Both the position numbers and the translations under genes were made by a program. Source: Novakomyces olei (lineage: Eukaryota). From it: a DNA stretch of 64,000 nucleotides. The stretch lies in the NCBI GenBank assembly GCA_016906335.1, contig JADEYG010000009.1, positions 1,178,001 to 1,242,000 on the forward strand, given 5' to 3'. Below are positions 33,901-46,900 of the stretch, piece by piece. Under the pieces are notes generated by a model. The model was not told where the DNA came from and did no database searches. It saw only the letters and a list, made by a program, of their open reading frames with translations. The stretch's first letter is position 1, and every line of letters starts with the position of its first letter.

Positions 33901-36380
33901 GCTTGGACGCCACAGAAGGAGAGAAAGAAGACTGGCTACAGAAAATAGGACAAAAGGCTGGAATGTCTGTAATGGCTGGAATTGCTGTAACAAAGGAACT
34001 GAGTACAAGAGGCTTGCGTTATCAAAGTGTAATTCAGGGGCTGAAATTAAAGAAACTATATAGTACACCATTGATAGCCTTGAAAAAGTAGCTAAAAACA
34101 GATACAGCATTTTTTCTACGCAACAAGCCAATTTCTACAATATCACTACTGAAATTCAAAATATTTGATCTTACGCTGCTGAATCATGATGGTAAGCGAT
34201 ATTTATAAGTACCTACACCGAAATAAATAGTTTTCTCCTACAATAGACTTTTTCGAGTATTAAGGGCCTTCTGTGTTTTCTTATTGATTGGCTGCAAACC
34301 TACTCAATTTTTATTTCTGTTCTTGAGACATTTCCAAGCTATTCTGGTGAATTTATTTCGGGCACAGTGGGGGAAACGTCTATGAATAGAGTAGTCGAAC
34401 AACAAATTAATTAACAACATTGACAATTATTAAATTGCTCACCAAATAAAAAATGAAGTTTTGATGTCATATATTAAATGTATGCCAGTTTCTCTTTAAT
34501 ATCAATGGAGAGCTATGGCAGTGCGGGGATAGTAAAATGCAACAATTTTATGGCTAACGTCTGTTATTTCAGAAAAATTAGATACACAAAATTTACCATT
34601 GATATAAGAAAATTTCACGTGATGATAGCAACATATCGATCAAACTTTTTTAAATAAATTCATGAGTTGATGGAATTTGTTTATTAGCCGTAAGCAGTCG
34701 GATGGTGCTAGTCGTCAAATAAATTTACTGCATGCTGAAAATGTTTGGGGTTTGGGCACAAGCTTGGACTGATTGTAGGTGAACTTTAGCAAAATCTAAG
34801 TACACTTTTTATTTAAAATTAATAGTGTTGAAACATTGATATGAATGGTATTTAGCTCGTAGAATTGCGTTCATCGTGTTTATTTGAATAAATATTGTAT
34901 TAAGTTTGCGTTAACTATCTATGTTCTATCTAGGTGTATTGATGATTAAGATTCTAACCGACTGTTTGTGCCTCAGTTGAAATTTTGTTTCTATTATTAG
35001 TAATTTCCCGCACTTTAAGCTTGACCCACTTTCCTACAAATAGTTGTATTGAAATAATGTTGAAGAAGTGTATACCTTTAATAAGATGTTCAAGTTTGTT
35101 TGATTAGCTGTTATATGGAGTGATTTTATAGTTTCATTTCTTAGCCTTTTTTCCAAAAACACTAAGCCGCATTATCGAGCTAAGTCTTATCGTGTAATTG
35201 GTTAGTTGCTGTATCTCGTTACGAAGCCTCGTTCTCCTGCAACGCTAACAAGAGTTATTTTGTTGACTTATCGAATGGAAAATGTTCTGGCAAATTCAGA
35301 ATTAAAACACAGATGTATATGATGCCCGTACGATCTGGAATTTATCAAACGTCATAAAACAGCCATTTCCTACAGATAGTATGGGAACAATTAATCGGCT
35401 TGTTTAGAGAAAAAAAATCGTATCTCTTAGCTACTGTTCTAAGTCTACCAGCGCTGGATTATATAATTTCTTAAATATCAGCCACTAAAGCACATATTGA
35501 TAGTGTATTACTCTTTTACTCAACATTTCACGTCTTTTCTTGATAACCAGCGATTTTGCTCCTTTTCTTTTTTGACATCCAATATGACATCAAAGATTGA
35601 CACATTCTTACACATGGTGGCTCAAGACCAGACAACATGTTTGGTGTCTTTTACATAGAGAAATTTCTCGACCGATAATTTAAAGTTTGAATTTATTTTT
35701 TAATTAGTTTTTACGTTCGCCGAAGATTTGTCCGGATATATTAGATAAAGAATAAAAGCGAAATTAAATATAATATTAATATATTTAAAAGGAGAGATAC
35801 AATTGAATGGGCTAGAACATTGTAATTGCGCTACAGTTTCATGGTTTTAAATCCCATTATTTCATATTAACTAGTATGTTCCTAATATCTTTTCTAGACA
35901 TTTTCATCAAAACCCAATTTTTAATAAGGTCAATATTTCTACGAACTAATAATGGGCTTGAATTTTGTTTATCCAGTAATATCATAGCCTATTAAAAAAC
36001 TAGGAATAATCCGGAAACGTCAATCACGTTACACCACAACTACTGAAAAAGCCAATATAATGGTAGTTTCTAAAGCTCGTGCATTATTCTAGTATCGAAA
36101 TTGGATTTCAGGGAGGTGTTATGTGCACAATTCGTTATCTTAAAAATTGTTGTAGTGCGTTTCTGAATTGCTACGAGCTAACTCAATGCTCCTTTCTATA
36201 TTTGACATATTATCAAGCCATTCTGATGAATACATCTAAGCCACAGTGGGGAAAACGTATATGAGTAGCTAACCGACAATTTAATTAACGATATTAACAA
36301 TCATAAATTACTCACAACTACAAAACGTCTAGAAATAAATTAGTCCGACAACAAATCAATTAGTAATATTGACAATTATA
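31000..36380. repeat. AT-rich field of degenerate Copia and other solo LTR fragments (A-, B-, C-like)
   Basis: Recognisable LTR pieces at ~31263-31635, 32135-32370, 32485-32800, 32842-33041, 33885-34140 and 36200-36320; no long ORFs. Confidence 0.7.
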
Positions 36381-36383
36381 AAT

Positions 36384-37118
36384 TATAGAAATCTTTTATT
36401 GGCTTTTTTTGGAGAAAAAATGTTGTATCTCTTTTTGCTTCTTTCCGAAGTCTACGAACGCTGTACTATATAGTATCTTTAATTCTAGCAACCAAATTAC
36501 ACTTTGATAGCGCAAGCCTCTTGTACTCAGTTCCAGCCACTCCAGCCACTCCAGCCACTCCAGCCACTCCAGCCACTCCAGCCGCTCCAGCCACTCCAGC
36601 CACTCCAGCCATTTTGACTATTCCAGCTATTCCAGCCTTTCCTCCTCTTTTCTGTAGCCAGCCTTCCTGTTCTTTTTCTGTGACGTCCAAGCTTGACATA
36701 TTCCTATACTCCCTCTCAAGCTTGTTGTCGTCACTTTCACGTGTTTCGCCTTTAAGTATCTTTTGTTGTAGGTAGTTAAATATTTTTTTGCACAAGGGCT
36801 TTGTAAGTATATCCGCCACTTGTTCTTTTGTGGAAATATAGTCCATAATAATTCTGCCCTTCTCAGTAAGGTCCCGTAAAAACATGAAGCGCACATCCAG
36901 GTGTTTTAAGCGTCTCATAGGGCTCGCTTTGTGTGATACGTAAATTGCGCTGTTATTGTCCGAGCACACTCTTAGGGGGTGGTCCAAGTTAAGTATTTCT
37001 TTGACCAGATTTTTTATTCCCAGTCCCGTTACAATTGCAGAGCACGCAATGACATATTCTGCTTCGCATGTTGATAATGCAATAATTTTTTGTTTTGAGG
37101 AACTCCAGTGAATTAGCT
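36384..37118 (-). mobile_element. 3' fragment of a second Copia C copy (RNase H, PPT, LTR with 9-bp repeat)
   Basis: Near-identical to ~7680-8156. Confidence 0.9.
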
Positions 37119-37730
37119 CAAAGACATGAAACGCATTCCTTGGTAGCGTCTAGCTGTGAAGTATGCACAGATTGCGAAACGAGCACGGAGAAGGAAATTG
37201 CTATATACAGAACACTCAACCGACGTATTACGAAGCGAAAAAGGAATTTTATTTATTCAGGCTTACAGGTGTTACGCCTCGGGAGGGGAGAGTAGTGTTA
37301 CGATTGAATTTATTTTTATATTGTTATTGCGTCTTCGATAGCACCGACGCTATTGAAGCGCTAGTCTATTATTTGTTTGTTGTCTTTATTTAATATTTAA
37401 TATTTAATATTTATTTATTTATTATTTATTATTTATTATTTATTATTTATTTATTTATTATTTATTATTTATTGACTATTATTGTTCTGACTGCTTTTAC
37501 TTGTTAGTTTGTTTAATCGTTTAAGTAGTTAGTGTTTCTAGAATATTCTACGTAGCGAGGATATAAATAGAGGTCCTGCTTCTACTATTCTCGCTACGTG
37601 TAATCGAACTTTGGGGAGACCCAATCTTTTAAACCCAGTTCTATCTCTTAATTTTCTCATAGTCCCAGAGCCGGCGTGAAATCCGGCAATTGGGTTCTCC
37701 TTTAGGCTTTCGCCTTCTACAACCATAACA
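37119..37730 (+). mobile_element. 3' end of a D-family element: degenerate JmjC-ORF tail, PPT and LTR (37296-37730)
   Basis: FIYSGLQVLRLGRGE* identical to the D cargo C-terminus; LTR matches the D LTR with an expanded TTA/TTTA tract. Confidence 0.88.
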
Positions 37731-38573
37731 AAAGGCTGGAGTGGCTGGAACTGAGTACAAAGAGGCTTGCGCTATCAAAGTGTAACTCGGTGGCTGGAAC
37801 CAAAGAAACTATATAGTACAGCGTCAGTAGACTTAGAAAAGTAGCTAAAAGGAGATACAACACTATTCTTTACAACAAGCCAAATTAAATTTCTACAGAT
37901 TAAGAGTCTGAGTTCAGTCAATATGAGCAAACTCGGGATATTACTCAAGCTCCACGGGCAGGCAGACCTGCCGTACCTCGCAATTCCGCGATTGGGGAAT
38001 TTAATCGAGTTTCCCCAATGGAAACAGAAATTGTCGGAGATGTTGACCACGTACGGGCTTCAGCACGTCATGCCCGATTACAAGGGAGAAAAAGCTGCGA
38101 CCGAGGATGTGGCTTACCAGTCAACAATGGCCATACTTCTGCTTACACTAAAGGAAGCTATCTTTGTGCCAGTACTTGACGACCTGTGCCAAAAGGCGCC
38201 AAATCCGGAAATTCTGTTGGCAAATGTCAGCAACGCATTTCAGGAACGAAAATACCGCCTTTTAATCCAAGTCAGTAGCGAGCTGTATGGACTAAAAGCA
38301 CAGAGCTTGGGGGAGAGGGCAGGACTCCACACAAAATTTAATAGTCTGGTCACCAGCTTGGGAGAGCTGCGAAACGACCTTTGTCAAGAGGAAGTTCTCC
38401 AAATTTATCTCAACATGATACGAAATTGCAACTCTTTGAATTCGGAGATTCGTGTTTGGGAACGAGCAAAAAATGTCCTTCTGAAGGATATACAAGAAAT
38501 TGTCGTTGAAGCTACGCAAAGCTACGGCGAAAGCGCCGAAACTGCGCTGGCAACGTTCCGCGCCTCTAGTTGT
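37731..38573 (+). mobile_element. 5' fragment of a Copia C copy (partial LTR, PBS, gag), followed by a B-like solo LTR (38574-38761)
   Basis: Gag ORF at 37923 near-identical to the 25057 ORF; PBS GATTAAGAGTC at ~37898; B-like LTR flanks GTTGT/GTTAT. Confidence 0.88.
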
Positions 38574-38939
38574 TATAGGAAAGTAAATCAAGCTTGTGCA
38601 GCGGCTAATTACTAATTATAGAAATATAATTTACCGTGAGAAATGCGATGGCAAACCGGCAGACTATAAATAGACTTAGCAAGAATCACTATAATCAACG
38701 AAAATTGAATACAACATTTATTCTATTAAACACGTTCGAAACAAGTTTACATGATTCAACAGTTATCATTAAACATAAAGAACAATGATCAAAAGGGAAC
38801 AAAGACAAGGAGCAAGAAACTATGAAAGTATTGTCTATTTAGGAAACTAAACTAATATTACCTTAGTTGGAAACCATTTTTTGGGGGGATTCTTACATCC
38901 TGCCCTTCTTATTTTTAGAACCAAAACCAAAAAAAAACC

Positions 38940-39356
38940 CTATTCTTGGGTCGCCGGTTCCGATTCCGATGGCGGGGCCTCACTCTCAACGGGCTCCTCC
39001 ACCTCGTGCTCCTCCTCAAGCTTTTGCAGCATTTCAAACGCTCTCAAACGCGCATTAGCCGACACGAGCTCCTCTTGAGCCGATTTCAGAGCCACACGCA
39101 ATTCCAACACATACTGCGTGATCGCCTCTAGGGGGTCCTCTCGATCGCGCTTAACCTCGTGGGCCCCCCATAAGCGTTGCTGCATATCACTAAGCTCGAA
39201 CGGGTACTCGCCGTCACACGGCTTTCCCGCATTCGCACAACGTAAACATTTAGGCTTTTGGCGCCCCGTTCGACGCACCCACACACAATCGTGGGGTTTG
39301 CCAAACGCAGTACACCTCGAGCACGGACCAGAAACATTTTTCTTCTGCTCTTCCAT
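38940..39356 (-). CDS. Small Zn2Cys6-like + coiled-coil + acidic-tail protein next to an H-family PPT/3' LTR
   Basis: CSRC-x8-C-x12-CLRC-x6-C, heptad helix, acidic C-terminus; intact 138 aa. Confidence 0.65.
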   Translation of the reverse strand: MEEQKKNVSGPCSRCTAFGKPHDCVWVRRTGRQKPKCLRCANAGKPCDGEYPFELSDMQQRLWGAHEVKRDREDPLEAITQYVLELRVALKSAQEELVSANARLRAFEMLQKLEEEHEVEEPVESEAPPSESEPATQE

Positions 39357-39461
39357 TTTGGATGGATCAAATTTTTTTTTCTCACCCTCCTTTTATTCAG
39401 TATTTGCCGCTACATTACTTATTTGCCCTCACAGGAGTTCGCGCCTCCGAGGGAGGTATCG

Positions 39462-39904
39462 TGTAATGAATCTCTTAGGGTTGGTTAGGGTTAGGGTCAT
39501 AGATGTAGTTCAGGGTTATGGTCAGGGTTTACCTAACCAAGGACCCCTACCTAGGATCCCTACCTAGGATCCCCTCTTTATTACTTACCTTTTTCCCCTC
39601 TTTTATTTCGTCTATACACTTCCGCGCGTTTATTTACTTTGCGCTATTTATTTGTTTACTTCTTTCCGTTTCCGGCGCAGCCCCTTCGCAGCGTGCTGCG
39701 CCTTCCGCCTCCGTCCGTAGTTTATAAATAGCGCCGTGGTGAGCCCAGCCTTCCACGGGTTAATCTAATTTCTATCTATTTATTTTCTATTCTATTCAAT
39801 TTCTCTATTTAATTTTCTAATATATTTTCTAATATATTTTTTTTTACTTTCAGACGCCTACGTTTCGCTCCGCCTTTCTTCCCTCCTTTCCCCCTTTCCC
39901 CACA
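39462..39904 (+). mobile_element. H-family 3' LTR preceded by a PPT
   Basis: GAGGGAGGTATCG then TGTAATG...CACA; TTAGGG repeats. Confidence 0.82.
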
Positions 39905-39949
39905 GTTCGGGGCGTTACAACAACCAAGATTCCGCTTAATATAAGTGTC

Positions 39950-40900
39950 TTGAGATTAGTTATTCTATCTGCCTACCCTTTGCTACTTCCTGTCAAGGCC
40001 AACATGTGATCTTGGTCGACTTAAGATTCTTTGTATTGAGTCACCCCTTAACATACTGCGTTGTCTCTTTGAATTTTTGAGGTTGTATTTAATCAAAGTA
40101 GAGTGAAGTTCATTATTCCATGATTTTGACAGTATTTTGTTCTTTTCCCTTTAGGATTTTTGAAACAATCATTCGCCCTGTGTCCAATTCGTCCACAAAA
40201 AGAGCATTTGTATGAGGTTATGGAAAATAATTCACCGTTATAACCTTGTAAATTAAATAATAAAAAACAAAGATAGAAAAACTGTGTCCTAAACTATGGG
40301 AAACCGTGTCCTTTTATAGACTCTTGTATTGGATTAATAATCCATTGTCCGAAAGTCCGAAATGGCGTGATAGATTATGAGTCAGCTTTCGCTATGGCGT
40401 GATTAATTATTAATCAAATGCCAAGGTCAACCGAGGTTTGGACCAATTCGTACAGTTTAAAGTAATTCAATATAATTTTAATTCGTTTTACTATCTACAC
40501 TCCTAACAATTTGGGTGTGGAGTTGACCGATTTCCTATTTGGGAGTGTAATCCTTTTTTGATAATAGTCGCTGGTTTTTGATTTTGGATTTTCAAATCCA
40601 TCGACATGATTGACAGAGTGTTTATTATTAAGCTCATCATTTCCATAAAAGGCGAGCTCGTTTGAGACTAGATCCAAAAGATCAAACACTTGTAGTTTAG
40701 CAGTAGTTTTAGAGCTAACATTGTGGCAAATGTTCGCAATTTCTTTTGGTAATACCGATGAAATCCCACAGTAAGTAAAATACGTGAGCTCCGTAAATCC
40801 TAGTCGTACGAGACGGATCACGATGTTTCTGTAATCGTTCATAAATTTTTTAGGGTCTCCTCCCCACAATTTCTGAGGAGCCATGAATTTAGTGGCGACA
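39950..40900 (-). pseudogene. Degenerate retrotransposon gag remnant (CCHC knuckle) split by an F-family LTR
   Basis: CSFCGRIGHRANDC at ~40167-40208; ORF 40495-40884. Confidence 0.55.
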
Positions 40901-41025
40901 GCTTCAATGACTATAGGAATATGTCAAGCCTGGACGTCACAGAAAAAGAACAGGAAGGCTGGCTACAGAAAAGAGGAGGAAAGGCTGGAATAGCTGGAAT
41001 AGTCAAAGTGGCTGGAGTGGCTGGA

Positions 41026-41485
41026 TGTCATGATCTTCGCCTTTGCGAGTCCCTGACAGCTGCGTTGGGAAGCGAGGGGCGACACCTGTAGTCGGACTTG
41101 GGTTGTCCGCGCGTCGCAAGCTTCGCCAACGCGGCCCAAGACCAGTCGGCGCGTAACGCGATGGTCTTGGGATGTAGAAGTTGTCTTAGTGCGCATGTAG
41201 GTACGTGCACTAAGCCAGCTTGGCCCACGGGAGCGAGGGGCTCCATGCACAATGTGCACGGACCTCGCTTCCCGTTCTCATTCTCGCACGCTAGCGGAGT
41301 GCGAACCTTCGCACTCCGCTAGCGCGAGAACATTCATAGTTATTTCCATAGACTAGTTTAGGCTGAGAGCTTCCGTCTCTAATTTGTGCGACCTTCGCAT
41401 AAGTTAGCTTGGGAAGAGTAGTTTAGAGTGCGAAGGAGCATCCGCTCCTCCGCAGCTTAGTTTAGTTTATAGTTGCCCGTGAAAG
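41026..41485 (+). mobile_element. Truncated G1 LTR inserted in a Copia C-type LTR (40912-41025)
   Basis: Matches 42071-42530. Confidence 0.85.
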
Positions 41486-41807
41486 GCGTCTGCAGCGTTC
41501 CTCTGTATGGCCTCTTTTTTTGCATTAATAAAAAAATGGGAAGGGCCGGATGTACGTACTCTTACCGGCGCACCGTACTCTTACGAGCAACCACCAATTG
41601 TGATAAGCGAACAACGGGGAAGTAAACTGGTTAAATTTCCAGTAGAGGCTCCTATTTGGTTAACTGACAAAGCGCTGGGAGGATACAACTTACCTCACTT
41701 GCGCCCGATCGATTAGTACCCGAAATATAGAACCGAAACGAAAATAAAAAAAAATGTGTGCCTGATTGACCGTTATTCGAAAGAAAAAAAAAATGGGAAG
41801 GGCAGGA

Positions 41808-42038
41808 TGTAAGGATCCCTCCAAATAATGGTTTCCAATTAAGGTAATATTAGTTTAGTTTCCTAAATAGGCGATACTTTCATAGTTCCTTGCTCCTTGT
41901 CTTTGTTCCCTTTGTTCATTGTTCTTTATGTTTAATGCTATAAAAGAGCGGCCTTGCGCCCTCTTTAAAGGGCAGAGTTATTAATTGTTTGTCTACGAGT
42001 GTTTGTTACGGCGCCCTGGAGGCCGCCTTCACGTTACA
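41808..42038 (+). mobile_element. LTR of family K preceded by a PPT (partial inverted copy at ~38766-38897)
   Basis: AAATGGGAAGGGCAGGA then TGTAAG...GTTACA. Confidence 0.7.
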
Positions 42039-43037
42039 GCAGTACTATAAACCCAGCTATATTGAGAAATTGTCATGATCCTCGCCTTGACGAGTTCCTG
42101 ACAACCGCGTTGGGAAGCGAGGGGCGACGCCTGTAGTCGGACTTGGGATGTCCGCGCGTCGCAAGCTTCGCCAACGCGGCCCAAGACCAGTCGGCGCGTA
42201 ACGCGATGGTCTTGGGACGTAGAAGTTGTCTTAGTGTGCATGTAGGTACGCGCACTAAGCCAGCTTGGCCCACGGGAGCGAGGGGCTCCATGCACAATGT
42301 GCACGGACCTCGCTTCCCGTTCTCATCCTCGCACGCTAGCGAGTGCGACCCTTCGCACTCCGCTAGCGCGAGAACATTCATAGTTATTTCCATAGACTAG
42401 TTTAGGCTGAGAGCTTCCCTCTCTAACTTGTGCGACCTTCGCATAAGTTAGCTTGGGAAGAGTAGTTTAGAATGCGAAGGAGCATCCGCTCCTCCGCAAC
42501 TTAGTTTAGTTTATAGTTGCCCGTGAAGGCCTCTCGCCCTTCACGGGTTGATTATCTCAAAGTGGGAGTAATACATTATATTACTCCTGGTAAGCTTTAC
42601 AGTAATCGCTTTCTGCTTTCCTGGTCTTTCTTATTCCTTTACTTTATTTAAACTATACACGGCCGGCCTCCAGCGATTGTAGCTGTAAGGACCGCCTTAC
42701 ACTATAATCAACCCGTCCCGGTCGTTGAAGTTTGAAGTTTTTTGGAATTGTTTGTGTTTTATTTCCTTCGGATTCGAGAGAGTTTCGGACGTCGAGTCAA
42801 AGACGCGGTTCGGTACTTATTTTTACGGATTTTTACGGAAGTTAAAACGGTTAAAGCGTCGAGTGAAGGACGTGGATTCGAGTTTGAGAATTTTGAGTTA
42901 TCGAGTGTTCCGGTGAAACACAGTTATTTTGAGTTATTGAGTATCGGCTTGGATAGTCGACGATTGAGTGAACAATTTACGAAGAACGGTTCTGGAAGAA
43001 CGATTACGATTACGAGTTTTGCGGTACGAGGGACAAG

Positions 43038-43970
43038 ATGTCGCAAGAGGAACTCAACACCTTTTTGCAATCCCTGCAAACTCAGATTGCCGAGTTGAAG
43101 GCAGAGAACGAGAAAGGGCGATCGCACATTGCGCATCTGACCCAGGAGATCGGTTCGCGAGCTAAGAGAGCTCCGACGAGTGACGGACCAGCGGTGATGA
43201 AGCCCGACGCGTTTCGTGGGGACCGCAGAATGGTCGAGAATTTTTTGGCGCAGCTTCGCCTTTACATCATGTTGAAACCGCACGAGTTTCGCGACGAGCG
43301 TTCGAAGGTTTTGTTCGCAGCTTCGTATTTGCGGGACGCCGCATTTGCGTGGTTCGAACCACACCTTCGCAACAACGACTTCGCTTCGGTAGTACCTACT
43401 TTTGAAGCCTTTTGCGAAGCGTTGGCCGCGAATTTCGGCAAAGTCGACAGGGTGAGTCAGGCGCAAAGAGAGTTAGCCGCCTTGAGACAACGTGGATCAG
43501 CAGCATCTTATGCGAGCATTTTTCAAAGAATTGCTTCGTATTTGGATTTCAATGACAGTGCGCTGACGTTCATGTATTATCAGGGGCTGAAGGATCGCAT
43601 CAAGGATGAGCTTTCCAGGATGGACAGACCCCGCACTTTGAATGAAATGATTGAGATTTCAGTTCGCGTGGATGGAAGAATATCCGACAGGCACATCGAG
43701 AGTGCAAGCCGCGGTTCCGTGAAATATTCCAACAACCGCCCGGCTGCAAACGCGAGTACAAGTTTTACTCCTATGGATGTGGACGCGATTAGTTTGGAAA
43801 AGGAGGATAACAACCATCGCAAAAGCAACATCAAATGCTTTAACTGTGGACGCGTGGGTCATCGAGCAAGAGAATGCAAGCAGAAGAAGAAGACGTACAA
43901 TCAGCAACACGTCGCTGCATTCACGCACGAATTTTCCGATTTGGGAAAAGCGAACGCCCAGGTCCAATGA
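43038..43970 (+). CDS. G1 gag
   Basis: Homologous to E gag; CFNCGRVGHRAREC. Confidence 0.95.
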   Translation: MSQEELNTFLQSLQTQIAELKAENEKGRSHIAHLTQEIGSRAKRAPTSDGPAVMKPDAFRGDRRMVENFLAQLRLYIMLKPHEFRDERSKVLFAASYLRDAAFAWFEPHLRNNDFASVVPTFEAFCEALAANFGKVDRVSQAQRELAALRQRGSAASYASIFQRIASYLDFNDSALTFMYYQGLKDRIKDELSRMDRPRTLNEMIEISVRVDGRISDRHIESASRGSVKYSNNRPAANASTSFTPMDVDAISLEKEDNNHRKSNIKCFNCGRVGHRARECKQKKKTYNQQHVAAFTHEFSDLGKANAQVQ

Positions 43971-46900
43971 AAAGGCCTGATCTGGGCAAACAACAATTTA
44001 GGCCACCAGAAGTTATGACAGTTTTTACGGAACCGGACAAAGCAAAGCATCTGACTGTCGTCGTGAAAGTCAAGACAGAGGATGGAGAGTTGAACGCGAG
44101 AGCCCTGATTGACTCAGGAGCTACCTCTAATTTTATCAGCGAGAACTCGCATCGCATGCTTTTATTAAGCTTACGGAGAAGAGCGAGACCGAGCCCATCA
44201 GAGTCGTTGATGGAAGGACAATCAAGTCAGGAGGTATTCGCTTTCACACCAGCGAGATGGATATATCAATTGGCGAACATCGAGAAAGGATGACCTTCAA
44301 TGTCATACCTCTTCGTGGATACGATGCTATCTTGGGCAAGCCATGGTTGGACAAGCATGAGCCTACGATCGGATGGAGTCGCGCAAACGTCGAGTTTAAG
44401 TCGAACTACTGTTTGGCGAACTGTTTGAAGTGCAGTACATTATCCGAATCCATGCAAGTCAGCGCAACCGAATTTGCAAGATTGGCTCGTAATGGAGAAT
44501 CAGGTATTTTATGTGTGTACGCAACGGACGAGCAAGATATCAAGCCTCGCGTTACATTGCCTGGGTTCTACGAGGGATATCGCGACCTATTTGAGAAGAA
44601 GAACGCGGACGTTTTGCCGAAACATCAACCTTGGGATCATGCGATATTCTTGGTCGAAAATGCGAAGCCGCCTTTTGGTCCGATCTACCCGCTCGCCGAA
44701 CGCGAATTGCAAACGCTGAGAGATTATATCAAGGAAACCTCGCTAAAGGTTTTATACGACCGTCGTCGTCGCCCGCGGGGGCGCCGATCTTATTTGTCAA
44801 AAAGAAAGATGGATCGCTTAGATTATGCGTTGACTATCGCGGTCTGAACGCAATCACTGTCAAAAACAGAAATGCATTACCGCTTATATCCGAACTTCTA
44901 GATCGCATTCGCCAAGCAACTATTTTTACGCGATTGGATCTTCGCGGTGCATATAATTTGGTTAGGACACGAAAAGGCGACGAATGGAAAACGGCCTTTC
45001 GTACAAGGTACGGCCACTACGAGTACCAAGTCATGCCGTTTGGGCTTACGAATGCCCCGGCTTCGTTTCAAGCACTCGCCAACGACACTTTGCGAGATTG
45101 CCTGGATCGATATGTTGTCGTTTACTTGGACGATATACTGATTTACTCAAATACAGAGGAAGAACACGTGGAGCACGTGCGCGGAGTATTGGAGAGACTT
45201 CGCAAGGCAAATTTGTTTGTCAAATTGGAGAAATGCGAATTCCATACCGACACAACGGAGTTTCTAGGCTTCGTAATTTCAACGAAAGGCGTGTCGATGG
45301 AAAATACGAAGGTCAAATCGATTGAAACATGGCCCGAGCCAAAGAATGTTAAGGAGGTTATGTCGTTCCTGGGACTGGCGAACTATTACCGAAGATTCAT
45401 CGCCAACTACAGCAAGATTACGGTACCTCTTACTCGGCTCTTGAAGAAGGATACAAAGTTCGTGTTTAGCGATGAATGCAAGGAGTCATTCAATGCGTTG
45501 AAGAATGCATTCTTAGGCGCACCTATTCTTGTGCACTTTGATCCACAAAAGCCGAGCTTCTTGGAAACGGACGCCTCAGATTTTGCGATAGGCGGGATCC
45601 TTTCGCAAAAGGATGAAAACGGCGACATGAGACCAATCGCATTTTACTCGCGCAAGATGACAAGCGCAGAGACGAACTACGACATTCACGACAAGGAGCT
45701 ATTAGCTATTGTTGTATGTCTTCGGGAATGGAGGGTATACTTGGAGAGTCCCCTTCACAAAACCACGATATACACGGATCATCGCAATCTTGTGTACTTT
45801 TGGACCGCGCGTGTCCTGAATAGACGGCAAATGCGCTGGTCGCAGTTACTTGCGTCTTACGATTTTGTGATCGTGTATCGTGCGGGAAAGTTTAACCACA
45901 AGGCTGACTCCTTATCGCGAAGAAGCGATTACGTTAGCAGCGAAGAGGAGGAAAAGCCAGAACGAACATGGTGCTTTTGGACAAATCGCAATTTGTGTTT
46001 GCGATTGAGGACAACAAAACGCTAGCACAGGATGTTAAGAAATGCTACGAGAAGGACAGCATTTGCAAAAATATTATTGAGGAGTTAAAGAGCAAGCCCG
46101 ATGCTGCTCATTTGGAGAATTATACAATGGACAAGGAAGGTCTTTTAATGTTCTCGGGTTTGATTTACATACCCAGAGACAACGATTTGCGATTATCAAT
46201 CATGCAAGAATGTCATGATTCGCAGACTTCAGGTCACCCCGGACAGGCTAAGACGCTAGAGCTTGTGACAAGGAACTATTACTGGCCAAGGATGCGAAAG
46301 GACGTATTTAACTATGTGGACTCATGCGACACTTGCGCACGAAGTAAACCATCGCGTCATGCTCCTTATGGTCTACTACATTCGTTGCGAGTGCCTACAA
46401 AGCCTTGGGAAAGCATTGCTATGGACTTCATTGTGAAGCTCCCGGTGTCAAGAGATGTCATCACAGGCAAAGACTACGACTCAATTTGGGTTATAGTATG
46501 TCGCTTTACGAAGATAGGCATCTTTGTACCAATATGCGAGACCATGAGCGCGAAAGAACTAGCATTGCTATACGCTCACAGAGTATTTGCTAACTTTGGA
46601 CTGCCAGAAGAAATTATCTCAGATCGTGGATCAGTTTTCGTATCACATTTTACAAAGCATTTACTCGCACATTGTGATATCAAGCAAAGGTTATCAACTG
46701 CGTACCATCCCAGAGCGATGGACAAACGGAAAGGCTTAATCAGAGCCTCGAGCAATATTTGAGAATTTACAGCAATTACCAACAAACGAATTGGGTAAAC
46801 TTGCTACCTTTTGCACAGTTCGCATATAACAATACTGAGCAATCATCAATAAAAGCGACCCCTAGTTACGCTTTATATGGGTATCACCCCAAATGCCGTT

